A stretch of 64,000 bases of DNA from an uncultured Candidatus Rokubacteria bacterium. Lineage in GTDB: Bacteria > Methylomirabilota > Methylomirabilia > Rokubacteriales > CSP1-6. Below are positions 10,525 through 20,344 of the stretch, piece after piece; the stretch's first letter is position 1; each line of letters opens with the position of its first letter. The translations under genes and the position numbers were made by a program. The notes under the pieces were generated by a model. The model was not told the DNA's origin and ran no database searches. It saw only the letters and a list, made by a program, of their open reading frames with translations. The stretch covers positions 224,001 through 288,000 of the forward strand of contig CAVVEU010000008.1 in NCBI GenBank assembly GCA_963747235.1, read 5' to 3'.

Positions 10525-11304
10525 ATGGACAACCTGACGCTCAAGCTCGTGGTGACGCCCGCGCTGATCGGGGCGGCCACGCTCGCGGGCCGGCGGTGGG
10601 GCCAGTCCATCGGCGGCTGGCTGGTGGGCCTGCCGCTCACCACCGGCCCGGTGGCGTTCTTCATCGCGCTCGACCACGGGGAGTCCTTCGCGGCGGCCGC
10701 GGTGGTGGGCTCGCTCGCGGGCGCCGTCGCGGAGGTCGCGTTCAGCCTGGCCTACGGCTGGAGCGCGCTCCGGCGCTCGTGGCCGACGGCCCTGCTGGCC
10801 GGCACCGTGGCCTACGGGGCCGTCGCGGCGCTGGTGCAGGGTCTGGGGCTCGGGGCCGTCGCCCTGTTCGCGCTGGTCATCGTCGCGCTGGCGGTCTCGC
10901 TCCGCCTCATGCCGCGGGGCGCCCCCGGGGCTGCGCCCGTGGTGTCCCCGCGCTGGGATCTGCCGGCGCGCATGGTGCTCGCCACCACCGTGGTGCTCGT
11001 CCTCACCGCGCTCGCGCCGCGGCTCGGCGCGCGGTGGAGCGGGCTGCTCGCGACCTATCCGCTCTTCGCGGCCATCCTGACCGCCTTCGGCCACCGGCAG
11101 CAGGGCGCGGGCGCGGCCATCGGCGTGCTGCGCGGCCTGCTCTTCGGCCTGTTCTCCTTCGCCGGCTTCTGCCTGGTGCTGGCCCTGGGCCTGGTCCCGC
11201 TCGGCATCGCGACCGCGTTCGCCGCCGCGGTCGCGGTCGCGCTCCTGGCGCAGGGGATCTCGCTCTGGCGGCTGCGGGCGCCCCGCGCGCCGGGACCCTC
11301 TTGA
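10525..11304 (+). CDS. Integral membrane protein with internally duplicated halves
   Basis: GGWLVGLP and SGLLATYP repeats; highly hydrophobic. Confidence 0.7.
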   Translation: MDNLTLKLVVTPALIGAATLAGRRWGQSIGGWLVGLPLTTGPVAFFIALDHGESFAAAAVVGSLAGAVAEVAFSLAYGWSALRRSWPTALLAGTVAYGAVAALVQGLGLGAVALFALVIVALAVSLRLMPRGAPGAAPVVSPRWDLPARMVLATTVVLVLTALAPRLGARWSGLLATYPLFAAILTAFGHRQQGAGAAIGVLRGLLFGLFSFAGFCLVLALGLVPLGIATAFAAAVAVALLAQGISLWRLRAPRAPGPS

Positions 11305-11374
11305 CTCCGCGGCGGCGCCACCCCTAGATAGTGCCGGCGTCACTCGTCCCGCACCCGACCAAGGAGACTCGCGC

Positions 11375-12388
11375 ATGAGAGCGTCCCTCTACGAAGGCTC
11401 CCGGACTTTTCGCACGGTGCCCGCGGCGCGCCCCACCCGCGCCCCGGACCAGGCGCTGCTCCGCGTGCTGCGCGCGGGCATCTGCGGCACCGACCTGCAC
11501 ATCTTCCAGGGGCATCTCGACCACCGCATCCCGAAGGGCGGGATCATCGGGCACGAGACCTTCGCGGAGGTGGTGGAGGCGCCGGCGGGCAGCGGATTCG
11601 GTCCGGGTGATCGGGTCGTCGTCGAGCCGATTCACGCCTGCGGCGAGTGCCGCGCCTGCCGGATGGGCGGCTACTACCTCTGCTATCGCCTGAAGATCTA
11701 CGGCGTGGAGCTGCCGGGCGGCATGCAGGACTACTGGACGGTGGAGGCCAAGCGCATGCTCCACGTGCCCGCCTCGCTCGGCGACGACGAGGCCGCGATG
11801 ATCGAGCCGCTCGCGGTGGCCACGCACGACGTGCGGCGCGCGGCGGTCAAGTCGGGCGACTCGGTGCTGGTGCTGGGCGGCGGGCCCATCGGGGCCCTCA
11901 TCGCGATGGTGTCACGCCATCGCGGCGCGCGCGTCATCGTGAGCGAGGTCAACCCGTACCGGATCGAGCTGCTGCGCGGCCTCGGGCTCGAGGTGATCGG
12001 GATGGACGCCGACCCGGTGCGCTTCGTGAACGAGTGGACCGAGGGGCAGGGGGTGGACGTGGCCTTCGAGGTCACCGGCCATCCGGCCGCGGCGCGCGTG
12101 ATGACGGAGACGGTGCGCGTCTGGGGCACGGTGAGCATCGTGGCGATCCACTCGGAACCCACGCCGGTGAATCTCTACCCGATGTTCGCGCGCGAGGTCA
12201 CCATGCACGGCAGCCGTCTCTACAACCGCGAGGACTGGGAGGAAGCCATCCGCCTGGCCGCCTCCGGCGCGGTGACGCTCTCGCCGCTGGTGAGCCGCAA
12301 GATCCCGCTCGAGGGCCTCCAGGAGGGCATGGAGGAAGCGCTCCGCGGCGGCCCGGTGATGAAGGTGCTGGTGGACCTGACCGCCTGA
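11375..12388 (+). CDS. Zinc-dependent (MDR) alcohol/sugar-acid dehydrogenase
   Basis: GICGTD, GHE, CGECRAC...C, GGGPIG. Confidence 0.92.
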   Translation: MRASLYEGSRTFRTVPAARPTRAPDQALLRVLRAGICGTDLHIFQGHLDHRIPKGGIIGHETFAEVVEAPAGSGFGPGDRVVVEPIHACGECRACRMGGYYLCYRLKIYGVELPGGMQDYWTVEAKRMLHVPASLGDDEAAMIEPLAVATHDVRRAAVKSGDSVLVLGGGPIGALIAMVSRHRGARVIVSEVNPYRIELLRGLGLEVIGMDADPVRFVNEWTEGQGVDVAFEVTGHPAAARVMTETVRVWGTVSIVAIHSEPTPVNLYPMFAREVTMHGSRLYNREDWEEAIRLAASGAVTLSPLVSRKIPLEGLQEGMEEALRGGPVMKVLVDLTA

Positions 12389-12394
12389 CTGCAG

Positions 12395-12482
12395 CCCCTC
12401 ACCCTACCCTCTCCCCAGAGGGGAGAGGGTGGACGAGCAGAAGAGCCCTCTCCCCCTTGGGGGAGAGGGCAGGGTGAGGGGG
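12395..12482. repeat. BoxC-like pyrimidine/purine palindromic repeat, two inverted units
   Basis: CCCCTCACCCTACCCTCTCCCC-AGA-GGGGAGAGGG ... CCCTCTCCCCC-TT-GGGGGAGAGGGCAGGGTGAGGGG between convergent genes. Confidence 0.8.
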
Positions 12483-12498
12483 TGCTCCGCGCCGTCCG

Positions 12499-12675
12499 CT
12501 ACTTGTCCTTGATGGCGGCCTGCACCTTGGCCACCATGTCGGGCGGAATGGCCGCGAGCCCGTGATCCTTCTTGGCGTGCTCGGCGCCCTTGGCCATCAC
12601 CTCGGCCACGTCCTTGCCCTCGATCACCGTGTTGCAGCCGGCCATCAGGTCACCGCACCGAAGAACCTTCGCCAT
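12499..12675 (-). CDS. DUF1059 small protein
   Basis: MAKVLRCGDLMAGC...EHAKKDHG; AGGAGG RBS. Confidence 0.8.
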   Translation of the reverse strand: MAKVLRCGDLMAGCNTVIEGKDVAEVMAKGAEHAKKDHGLAAIPPDMVAKVQAAIKDK

Positions 12676-12710
12676 GACAGTCCTCCTTCTCGATCCGCTG
12701 AGGGGTTGCG

Positions 12711-13674
12711 CTACCGCCCGGGCGAGACGATCAGGTTGCTCGGCTTGCCCTGGAGGTAGCTCTCGATGTTGGCCACCGCGGCGAGGAGCCCGTCGCGGAT
12801 GACCTCGGGCGTCTGGCCCGCATTGTGGGGCGAGACGACCACGTTGGGGAGTCTCAGGATCGGGTCGTCGGCGGCCAGCGGCTCCTGGTGGAAGACGTCG
12901 AGGCCCGGCGCCCAGCAGGCGGCGCTCCTGCAGCGCGGCCAGCAGCGCCTCCCGGTCCACCAGCGCGCCCCGGCCCGTGTTCACCAGGATCGCGGTGGGT
13001 TTCATCATCGCGAGCTCCTTGCGCCCGATGAAGTTGCGCGTCTCCGGGGTGAGCCGCACGTGCAGGCTCACCACGTCCGCGGTCGTGAGGATCTCTTCCT
13101 TGGAGGCCGGCTTGGCGCCGGTCTTGCGGATGCGCGCCTCGTCGCCGAGCGCGCTCCAGCCCAGCACGTTCATGCCGATGCCGCGCGCGATGGTGGCCAG
13201 CCGCCCGCCGATGGCGCCCATGCCGAAGACGCCCAGGGTCTTGCCCACGAGCTGGGTCAGCATCTCGCGCGGCCAGCGGCCCTGGCGCATCTCCGCGTCG
13301 ATGGTCAGGATCCGGCGCCCCACCACCAGCATGAGGGTGAGCGCGTGCTCGGCGACCGCGAACGCGTTGATGCCCGGGGTGTTGCAGATGGTGATCCCGC
13401 GCATGCCCGCCGCGTTGAGGTCGATGTTGTCGGTGCCGGTGCCCCACACCGAGACGATCTTGAGCCGGGGGCAGGCCACGAACACGGCCTCGCTGAAGCG
13501 GGCGTGGGCCCGGATGTTGAGCGCGGCCTGGGCGTCGCCGATGCGGCGGATCAATTCCACTTCCTGATCGGCGCCGCGCTCGGTGAAGACGCGCACCGCG
13601 CCCAGGCGCTTCGCCCGCTGGTGCGCCTCGCTGCCGTCGAAGACGGAGGGGAAGTCGTCCGGGGCGACGATCAT
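12711..13674 (-). CDS. D-isomer-specific 2-hydroxyacid dehydrogenase (SerA-like; frameshift near 12910)
   Basis: GVFGMGAIG, LVNTGRG, then LDVFHQEP, SPHNAG in the shifted frame. Confidence 0.88.
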
Positions 13675-14898
13675 GCGCCGGGCCCCGAGAACACGGCCTG
13701 GGCGGCGGACACGCCGGCGCCCGCCTCGCTCCGGTAGCCGAGGTCACGCAGCGTCATCTCGATCGCGGAGAGCGTCGGCAGCACGTACATCGGGCTCGAG
13801 GTGATGCCCATGTGCCCGACGCGCAGCGCGCTGGTGCGGATCTTGTCCAGGCCGGTGCCGATGAGGATGCCGTAGCGATCGCGCATGTGGGTGACCACCG
13901 CCGCCGGATCGATCCCGTCCGGCGTCTTGAAGCACGACACGGTGTTGGACATGAGCGACGCGTCCGGGAACATCTGCAGGCGCATGGCCTCGACGCCGGC
14001 GCGGAACGCGCGGCCCGCGGCCGCGTGACGGCGGAAGCGGTGGGCGAGGCCCTCCTCCAAGATGAGGCGGCGCGCCACCCCCAGGGCCTGGGTGAGGTGC
14101 GTCGGGATCGAGACCGGCTGCCGCCGCGGGCTGCCGTCGGGGATGTGGCCGCCGCGGGAGGTGGGGATCCAGTTCTCCTTCCAGCGGAGGAGATCGTAGG
14201 CCCACGAGCTGGCCTTGTGCTTGCGGCGCTCCATCGCCTCCCACGCGGCGGGGCTCACCGACACGATGGCCATCCCGAGCGGCGCGGCGAGGCACTTCTG
14301 CGAGCCGGTCATGTTGAAGTCCACGCCCCACTCGTCGGTGCGCACGTCGAGGCCGGCGAGGGAGGACACCGTGTCGAGCATGAAGAGCGCGCCGTGGCGC
14401 TTCACGATGCGGCCCACCTCGGCGGCGGGATAGGTGGTGCCGGTGGACGTCTCATTGTGGACCATCGAGACGACCTTGGGCTTCACGCGCTCGATGTCCT
14501 TCTCGAGGCGCGCGAGGTCGAGCGGGCGGCCCCACTCCACGGTGTGCTCGGTGACCTCGGCGCCCGCGCGCGTCATGATCTCGCGCATCAGGGAGCCGAA
14601 GACGCCCGCGACCACCACGAGGGCGCGGTCGCCCGGCTCGAGCACCGAGATCGCGGAGGCCTCGAGCGCGGTGCGGCCCGGAGCCGGGCATCGCGATGAC
14701 CTCGCCGCGGCTCGTCTGGAAGATGTCCCGCAGCGCGAGGGTCACCGGCTCCAGGATCTTGACGTCGAAGTTCATGTCGTACTGGATGGTGGCCGGCTGA
14801 TTCATCGCCTGGACGACGGGGAAGGGCAGCTCCGTCGGGCCCGGGATCATCAGGATCGGATGCGACTGGGTCACTCCCCACCGGATGGTGGAATCCAT
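13671..14898 (-). CDS. Class V aminotransferase (serine/alanine-glyoxylate type; frameshift near 14680)
   Basis: LMIPGPT, HNETSTG, DTVSS, GSQKCL, RVGHMG. Confidence 0.9.
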
Positions 14899-14927
14899 GA
14901 ACAGCTCCTTTGCCGGCCGGGGCCGGG

Positions 14928-15215
14928 CTACGCGCTGGCCTGGGCCAGGCCGCTCTGCTTGCGACGGATCAGGTAGAGGTTGCGCAGGTACACGAACAGG
15001 CCGGCCCCCTGCCCGAGGATGAAGACGGGGTCCAGGCGGTAGATGGCGTAGATCAGCAGGGTGAGGCCGCCGCCGATGGAGAAGAACCAGAACGAGACCG
15101 GGATCACGCTCTCCTTCTTCCGCTCGGAGGCGATCCACTGGACGAGGAAGCGCCCCGAGAAGAACGCCTGCCCGAGGAATCCCACCGTCAACCAGAAGTG
15201 CTCCGAGGTCATCAT
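14928..15215 (-). CDS. Lipid-A-disaccharide synthase N-terminal (LAB_N) domain protein
   Basis: GQAFFSGRFLVQWIASE...IPVSFW...DPVFILGQ...RNL. Confidence 0.85.
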   Translation of the reverse strand: MMTSEHFWLTVGFLGQAFFSGRFLVQWIASERKKESVIPVSFWFFSIGGGLTLLIYAIYRLDPVFILGQGAGLFVYLRNLYLIRRKQSGLAQASA

Positions 15216-15297
15216 CGCGGCTCGAACCTCCATGCTAGAATTCAGCCACTCACGTTACCGGACATCCCCGGGGGGCCGCAAGGAGTTTCGCGCGACC

Positions 15298-15786
15298 GTG
15301 CGAAGCATCGATCAGACGCTGGTGGACGAAGTCTGGCGCGAGACCGCGTCGTATCCGCCCGGGCGGGTCGCCGAGGAAGCGAGCGACTTCCTCGCCCGGC
15401 AGCCGCACGTGGCCGCCTTCGCCCACTCGGTCACCCACGAGCAGGACGCCTCCGTGCAGCGCGCCGCGCTGGGGCTCTGCTTCCTCCTCTTCAAGATCCT
15501 GGAGCGCAGTCTCGGGCATCCGTTCCCGCTTCTCGCCGACTCGCGCATCCAGGACGCGCACCACGCGGTGACGGAGTGGCTCCTCACGCTGGACGGCGAC
15601 GGCGAGGAGTCGGACCGCGTGCTCGAGACGGTGAGCGCCCCCGGCCATCCGACGCTGCCCGCCTACATCATCGCGGTGTTCTACGGTGAGAGCGCCGAGG
15701 GCTGTGACGAGCGGGTCCGCGCCGGCTTCGCGCTGATGCTGCGCACGCTGACCGACGCGCTCGACGTGGGGCAGGTGGAGGCCTGA
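15298..15786 (+). CDS. Hypothetical protein
   Basis: AAGGAG upstream; coding-like composition. Confidence 0.55.
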   Translation: MRSIDQTLVDEVWRETASYPPGRVAEEASDFLARQPHVAAFAHSVTHEQDASVQRAALGLCFLLFKILERSLGHPFPLLADSRIQDAHHAVTEWLLTLDGDGEESDRVLETVSAPGHPTLPAYIIAVFYGESAEGCDERVRAGFALMLRTLTDALDVGQVEA

Positions 15787-15866
15787 TGCCGCGGGTCGCG
15801 GTCAACGGCATCGCGCTGCACTACGACGAGGCGGGCGCGGGCCGCTGCTCCGACGCCCGCCATTAG
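15786..15866 (+). pseudogene. N-terminal fragment of an alpha/beta hydrolase, truncated at the repeat element
   Basis: MPRVAVNGIALHYDEAGAG then an abrupt stop after 26 codons. Confidence 0.6.
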
Positions 15867-15965
15867 CGGGAGCTCCCTCCGGATGGGAACTCCTCGTCGC
15901 AAGCAGACGAGAAAGCGGGTCGTGATCAGAGGCCCACCCCCGCCCCCCGCGGCCTCCCCCTCCCC
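15855..15965. repeat. Partial (right-half) copy of the 50427-50590 structured element
   Basis: Shares GGGAACTCCTCG and GCGGGTCGTGATCAGAGGCCCACC exactly with 50512-50564. Confidence 0.8.
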
Positions 15966-16005
15966 GTCGAGCGCGCGCGCGAACGACGCAGACCGCGGAA
16001 GGAGG

Positions 16006-16333
16006 CTAGACGGGTTCGGTTGGGCCGGACGTGATGGCGATGACGAGCGCGCCGGTGGGGCTGGTAACGGTGTGCACGCAGCCGGGCGGGCGACGCGCGT
16101 AGTTGCCGGCCGTGCACACGCCGGTGTCGTCCGCGACGCTGCCCTCGAGGACGTAGATCTGCTCGTCGCCGACGTGCCGATGCCGCGGGATCGTCGCGCC
16201 GGGCTCGTAGCGCATGAGGATGGCCTTGTGCGGCGCCGTCCTCCCAGAGCGTCTTCCAGAAGACGCCGGGGCGACGCTCGACCCAGGGCACGGTGCTCGT
16301 GGTCACGAAGAGGCTGACGGGCGGGGTGGTCAC
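16006..16333 (-). CDS. ChrR-like cupin protein (frameshift near 16235)
   Basis: PGVFWKTLW; YEPGATIPRHRHVGDEQIYVLEG; RPPGCVH. Confidence 0.8.
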
Positions 16334-16358
16334 GGAGGCGGTCTCCTTCCGCGCGAGC

Positions 16359-16967
16359 TCAGCGGCCGGCGTCGCGCAGGGCTTGCTTGATGGCGTCGCG
16401 GAACTCCTCGAGGGGCAGGGCGCCCTCGATCTTGCGCTGGTTGATGAAGAACGTGGGGGTGGCGCGCACGCCGGCCTCGCGCCCCTCGCGCTGCTCGGCC
16501 AGGACCGCGTCCCGGTACCGTCCGGTGTCGAGACACTCGGTGAACGCGGGCGCGTCGAGCCCGAGCCGCCGCGCGTAGCCGATCAGGTGGTCGCGGGCGA
16601 GGTCGGGCTGGGCCACGAAGAGCAGGTCGTGGTACTCCCAGTAGCGGCCCTGGGCGCCCGCGCAGCGGGCCGCGAGCGCGGCGGGCAGCGCGTTGGGATG
16701 GGAGCGCAGGGGGAAGTCCTTGAACACGAAGCGCACGGTGTCGGGGAACTCCGCCTGCAGCCGCTGGAGGACGTCCTGCGCGCGCTGGCAGAACGGGCAC
16801 TCGTAGTCGCTCCACTCGAAGACGGTGACGGGGGCCGCGGCCGGGCCCTTGGTCATCGCGGGATCCGCGGTGAACCGCGGCGCGTCCTGCGCGCCCGCCG
16901 ACGCGGCCCACGCGGTCAGGAGCAGGCCGGCCGCGACGCGGAGGGTGTAGACTCGGACGCGAGCCAT
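16359..16967 (-). CDS. DsbA/BdbD family oxidoreductase
   Basis: Signal peptide, EWSDYECPFC, FKDFPL, ATPTFFIN. Confidence 0.88.
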   Translation of the reverse strand: MARVRVYTLRVAAGLLLTAWAASAGAQDAPRFTADPAMTKGPAAAPVTVFEWSDYECPFCQRAQDVLQRLQAEFPDTVRFVFKDFPLRSHPNALPAALAARCAGAQGRYWEYHDLLFVAQPDLARDHLIGYARRLGLDAPAFTECLDTGRYRDAVLAEQREGREAGVRATPTFFINQRKIEGALPLEEFRDAIKQALRDAGR

Positions 16968-17394
16968 GGGATTCATCCTTCGGATCGTCGTGTACACGCT
17001 GGCCCTCTTGGTGGCGGCGTACGTGGGGCCGGGCATCCGGCTCGACGGGCTCGCCTCCGCGCTGGTGGCGGGGTTGCTGCTGGGGCTCGTCAACGCGATC
17101 GTGCGTCCGATCCTGGTCGTGCTGACGTTCCCGATCACGCTGCTGACCCTCGGACTCTTCCTGCTCGTCCTCAACGCCTTCTGCCTGTGGCTCGTCTCCG
17201 TCTTCGTCTCCGGCTTCCACGTGGCCGGCTTCTGGCCCGCGTTCTGGGGCGCGCTGATCGTGAGCGTCGTGAGCTGGATCCTCACCGCGCTGATCAGCGA
17301 CCGGGGGCGAGTCGAGCGTCATCGAGCGACGGCGCTGAGCCACGGCGTCCGAGCTCAGGCCGCGCGGTCGGACTCGACCGACGTGATGATGTAG
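16966..17394 (+). CDS. YvlD/phage holin family 4 membrane protein
   Basis: LVNAIVRPIL...TLLTLGLFLLVLNA...GFWPAFWGA. Confidence 0.85.
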   Translation: MGFILRIVVYTLALLVAAYVGPGIRLDGLASALVAGLLLGLVNAIVRPILVVLTFPITLLTLGLFLLVLNAFCLWLVSVFVSGFHVAGFWPAFWGALIVSVVSWILTALISDRGRVERHRATALSHGVRAQAARSDSTDVMM

Positions 17395-18116
17395 GTCCCG
17401 CTCTTGGCGTCCCGCTCGAGGGTCACGATCTTCTGCTTGGCCGCCTCCTCCAGGAGCTTCGAGAAGGTCGAGTAGCCGTAGTAGGACTCGTTGAACGCGG
17501 GGTTCTTCCGGATCATGGTCTGCTTGACCATGGAGCCCCACAGCGTGTCCTTGTTCTCGCGCTGCAGCGCCTGGATGGCCTCGATGAGCTGGGCGAACGC
17601 TTCCGCCTTCTTCTCGGGCAGCCCGCGCAGCGCGGTCGTCTTCTTGGACTCGCGGATCAGGTCCTCGTAGAAGATGAACTCGTCGCAGTTGCCCACCAGG
17701 AGCTCGGACGACGACGACTTGACCCCGAGGCCGATCACGTAGCGGTCGTTCTCCCGCAGCTTCGACACCAGCGGGGAGAAGTCGGAGTCGCCCGAGACGA
17801 GCGCGAAGCTGTCCACGTGCTGCTTGGCGTAGGCGAGGTCCATCGCGTCCACGACCATGCGGATGTCCGCCGAGTTCTTGCCGCTGTAGCGGCTCTGGGG
17901 GACGTCGATCAGCTCGATGGCGTGCTCGTGAAAGGGCCGCTTGTACTCCGCGTAGCGGTTCCAGTCCGCATAGGCCCGCTTGACCATGATCTTGCCCTTC
18001 TCGACCAGCCGCTCCAGCACCAGCTTGATCTCGAACTGCTTGTACTGCGCTTCCTTGACGCCGCGGACGATGTTCTCGAAATCCATGAACATCGCCAGCT
18101 TCCGGTCGTCACTCAT
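17355..18116 (-). CDS. NYN (LabA/DUF88) domain protein with C-terminal OST-HTH/LOTUS
   Basis: FMDFEN, GKNSADI, VSGDSDF, CDEFI, YGYSTFSKLL. Confidence 0.9.
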   Translation of the reverse strand: MSDDRKLAMFMDFENIVRGVKEAQYKQFEIKLVLERLVEKGKIMVKRAYADWNRYAEYKRPFHEHAIELIDVPQSRYSGKNSADIRMVVDAMDLAYAKQHVDSFALVSGDSDFSPLVSKLRENDRYVIGLGVKSSSSELLVGNCDEFIFYEDLIRESKKTTALRGLPEKKAEAFAQLIEAIQALQRENKDTLWGSMVKQTMIRKNPAFNESYYGYSTFSKLLEEAAKQKIVTLERDAKSGTYIITSVESDRAA

Positions 18117-18266
18117 GCCTTCCATCCCTCCCGCTGCCCAGGGGCGTTCCGGCGCCGGTGCTCCAGGGCGGGCCCGTGCCCACCCCCTCGCCGATCTTCA
18201 TTATAGGGCCACATTTGACAGCGGCGTGACATCGGCCCGGCCCCGGCCGGGTAGACTGGCGGAGCC

Positions 18267-18791
18267 ATGAGACGGATCCGAGCGCTTGCACTGATGGTGG
18301 GCATGCTGCTGGCGGGGACGGGAGCCGGCGAGGCCGCCGGCGTCCTGGTGAAGGTGGGCCAGACCGCGCCGGAGGTCACCGGCGGTCCCTGGATCAACAG
18401 CGAGCCGCTCTCGCTCGCCGGGCTTCGCGGGCGGGTGGTGCTGGTGGAGTTCTGGACCTACGGCTGATACAACTGCAAGAACGTGATCCCGCAGTTGCGG
18501 GACTGGCACGCGAAGTACGAGAAGCAGGGGCTCACCATCGTCGGCGTGCACTCGCCCGAGTTCTTCTGGGAGAAGCCGATCGAGAAGGTGACCGCGGCCA
18601 CGAAGGAGCTGGGCGTGAAGTACCCGGTCGTGCAGGACAATGACTTCGCGATCTGGCGCCGCTACCGCAACTGGGCGTGGCCGGCCGCGGTCATCGTGGA
18701 CAAGAAGGGCGTCGTCCGCTTCACCCACATCGGCGAAGGGGCCTATACCGAGATGGAGCAGGTGATCCGGCGCCTCCTGCTCGAGCCGTAG
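18267..18791 (+). CDS. Secreted redoxin/TlpA (DipZ C-terminal-like) selenoprotein, UxxC motif
   Basis: ORFs 18267..18467 and 18483..18791 are in frame; EFWTYG-TGA(18465)-YNC aligns to FWTYxCINC; VHSPEF, WPA; downstream hairpin. Confidence 0.88.
18482..18510 (+). promoter_or_regulatory. Putative bacterial SECIS hairpin
   Basis: TCCCGC-AGTT-GCGGGA (18487-18502) extended by CGTG/CACG. Confidence 0.65.
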
Positions 18792-20320
18792 GTGGGCGCG
18801 CGTCGCGCCCCGCTCCTGATCTTCGGCGCGGTGTTCGCCGCCGCCTTCGTGCTGGCCGCGCTCGGCTACTTCTCGCTCCGCCGCTGGGAAGCCGCGGCGG
18901 AGCGGCAGCTCCACGGGCAGGCGCGCGACACCGCGGCGATGGCGGCCGAGAAGGTGGAGATGGCGGTGGTGCGGGCCGAGCAGGACGCGGTCACGGCCCT
19001 GCAGGCCGCCGCGCTCGCCCCGGACTTCGGGCCGGACGCGGTGCAGGCCTGGAAGGCCCGCCATCCGCTCTTCGACGCGGTCTACGTGCTCGACCGCCAG
19101 GGGCGCGTGCTCTACCCGGTGAGCTGGACGCGCGACGAGGCGGAGCTGGTCGACCGCGCTGCGCGCGGAGATCTCGCAGGGCTTCTGGGACCGCGGCGGC
19201 CGGCGCCACGTCGAGGCGGGCGGCCACGTGATCCTGGCCGCGGTCATCCCCGGCTCCGCGCGCGGCCCCCTGCTGATCGGGCTCCGGCGCGACGACCAGG
19301 CGCTCCACCGCGACATCTTGACGACGACGCTCGGCGGGACGGAGGGCCAGGGAGCGCTCGCCATCCTCGACGGCAGCGGCCGGCCCGTCTTCAGCTCGCG
19401 GCCGGTCGAGCGGGGCGAGCCGGTCCTCACCGTGCCCTTCGGGGAGGCGCTGCCCGCCTGGCGGGTGGCGCTCTACCCGCCGGCCGGCCTCTCCCCGCGC
19501 GACATGGTCCGCCGCCAGGCGATGATCTTCATGGCCGCGCTGGCGCTGCTCCTGGTGGTGATCGCGGGCGGCCTCGTCGCGACGTACCGCCTGGTGCGCC
19601 GCGAATCGGAGATCGCGCGGCTCAAGTCGGACTTCGTGGCCAATGTCTCCCACGATCTCAAGACGCCGCTGGCCCTGATCCGCATGTTCGCGGAGACGCT
19701 CGAGATGGACCGGGTGCCCGACGAGCGCCGCCGCCGCGAGTACTACGGCGTGCTCACGCGGGAGAGCGAGCGGCTGAGCCGGCTGATCGACAACGTGCTC
19801 GACTTCTCGCGGATCGAGAGCGGACGCCAGCGCTACGAGATCACCGCGGGCGCCGTGGAGCCGATCGTCCACGAGGTGGTCGAGAGCTTCCGCCATCCGC
19901 TCGCACCAGCAGGGCTTCACGGTGGACGTGGCGATCGAGCCCGATCTGCCCGACGTCCCGCTGGACGGTGACGCGATGAAGCAGGCGCTGGCCAACCTGG
20001 TGGACAATGCGATGAAATACTCGGGCGACCGGCGGCGCCTCCGGGTGGCGGCCCGTCGCGAAGGAGGCGGGGTCGCGGTGGAGGTGGCGGACGAGGGCAT
20101 CGGCATCCCGATTGCCGAGCGGGAGCGAATCTTCGAGAAGTTCTATCGCGTCGGACGGAGCGAGACGCAGGGCCGGCGGGGCAGCGGGGTCGGCCTGGCC
20201 CTGGTCAAGCACATCGTGGAGGCCCACGGCGGCCGCGTCACGGTGGACGGGCGGCCGGGCGAGGGCAGCCGCTTCACCCTCCACCTCCCCCCTCTCCCCT
20301 CAGGGGAGAGGGCGGGGTGA
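18792..20320 (+). CDS. Membrane sensor histidine kinase (frameshifts near 19165 and 19905)
   Basis: FVANVSHDLKTPL, NLVDNAMKY, DEGIGI, GSGVGL. Confidence 0.88.
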
Positions 20321-20324
20321 GGGG
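20290..20324. repeat. BoxC-like unit inside the kinase 3' end
   Basis: CCCTCTCCCCT-C-AGGGGAGAGGGCGGGGTGAGGGG. Confidence 0.75.
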
Positions 20325-20344
20325 TTCCACGGTGAGGGTTCGGT

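Noticed and set aside
7395-10664. Very long antisense or alternative-frame ORFs (e.g. 1089 aa, also 44484..47468)
   Set aside because: Shadow ORFs expected at this GC content; Arg/Gly/Ala-rich with no family motifs
12395-12482. Palindromic repeats as a CRISPR array
   Set aside because: Dispersed inverted units with no regular repeat-spacer pattern and no cas genes
12499-13674. Apparent dehydrogenase-DUF1059 fusion
   Set aside because: Frameshift near 12910; the true C-terminus is in another frame, and DUF1059 has its own RBS
16966-17394. Holin-family gene as a prophage marker
   Set aside because: YvlD-type proteins are common chromosomal genes; no phage genes nearby
17355-18116. NYN nuclease as a defence or toxin gene
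   Set aside because: NYN plus OST-HTH is a widespread standalone architecture; no antitoxin or defence context here
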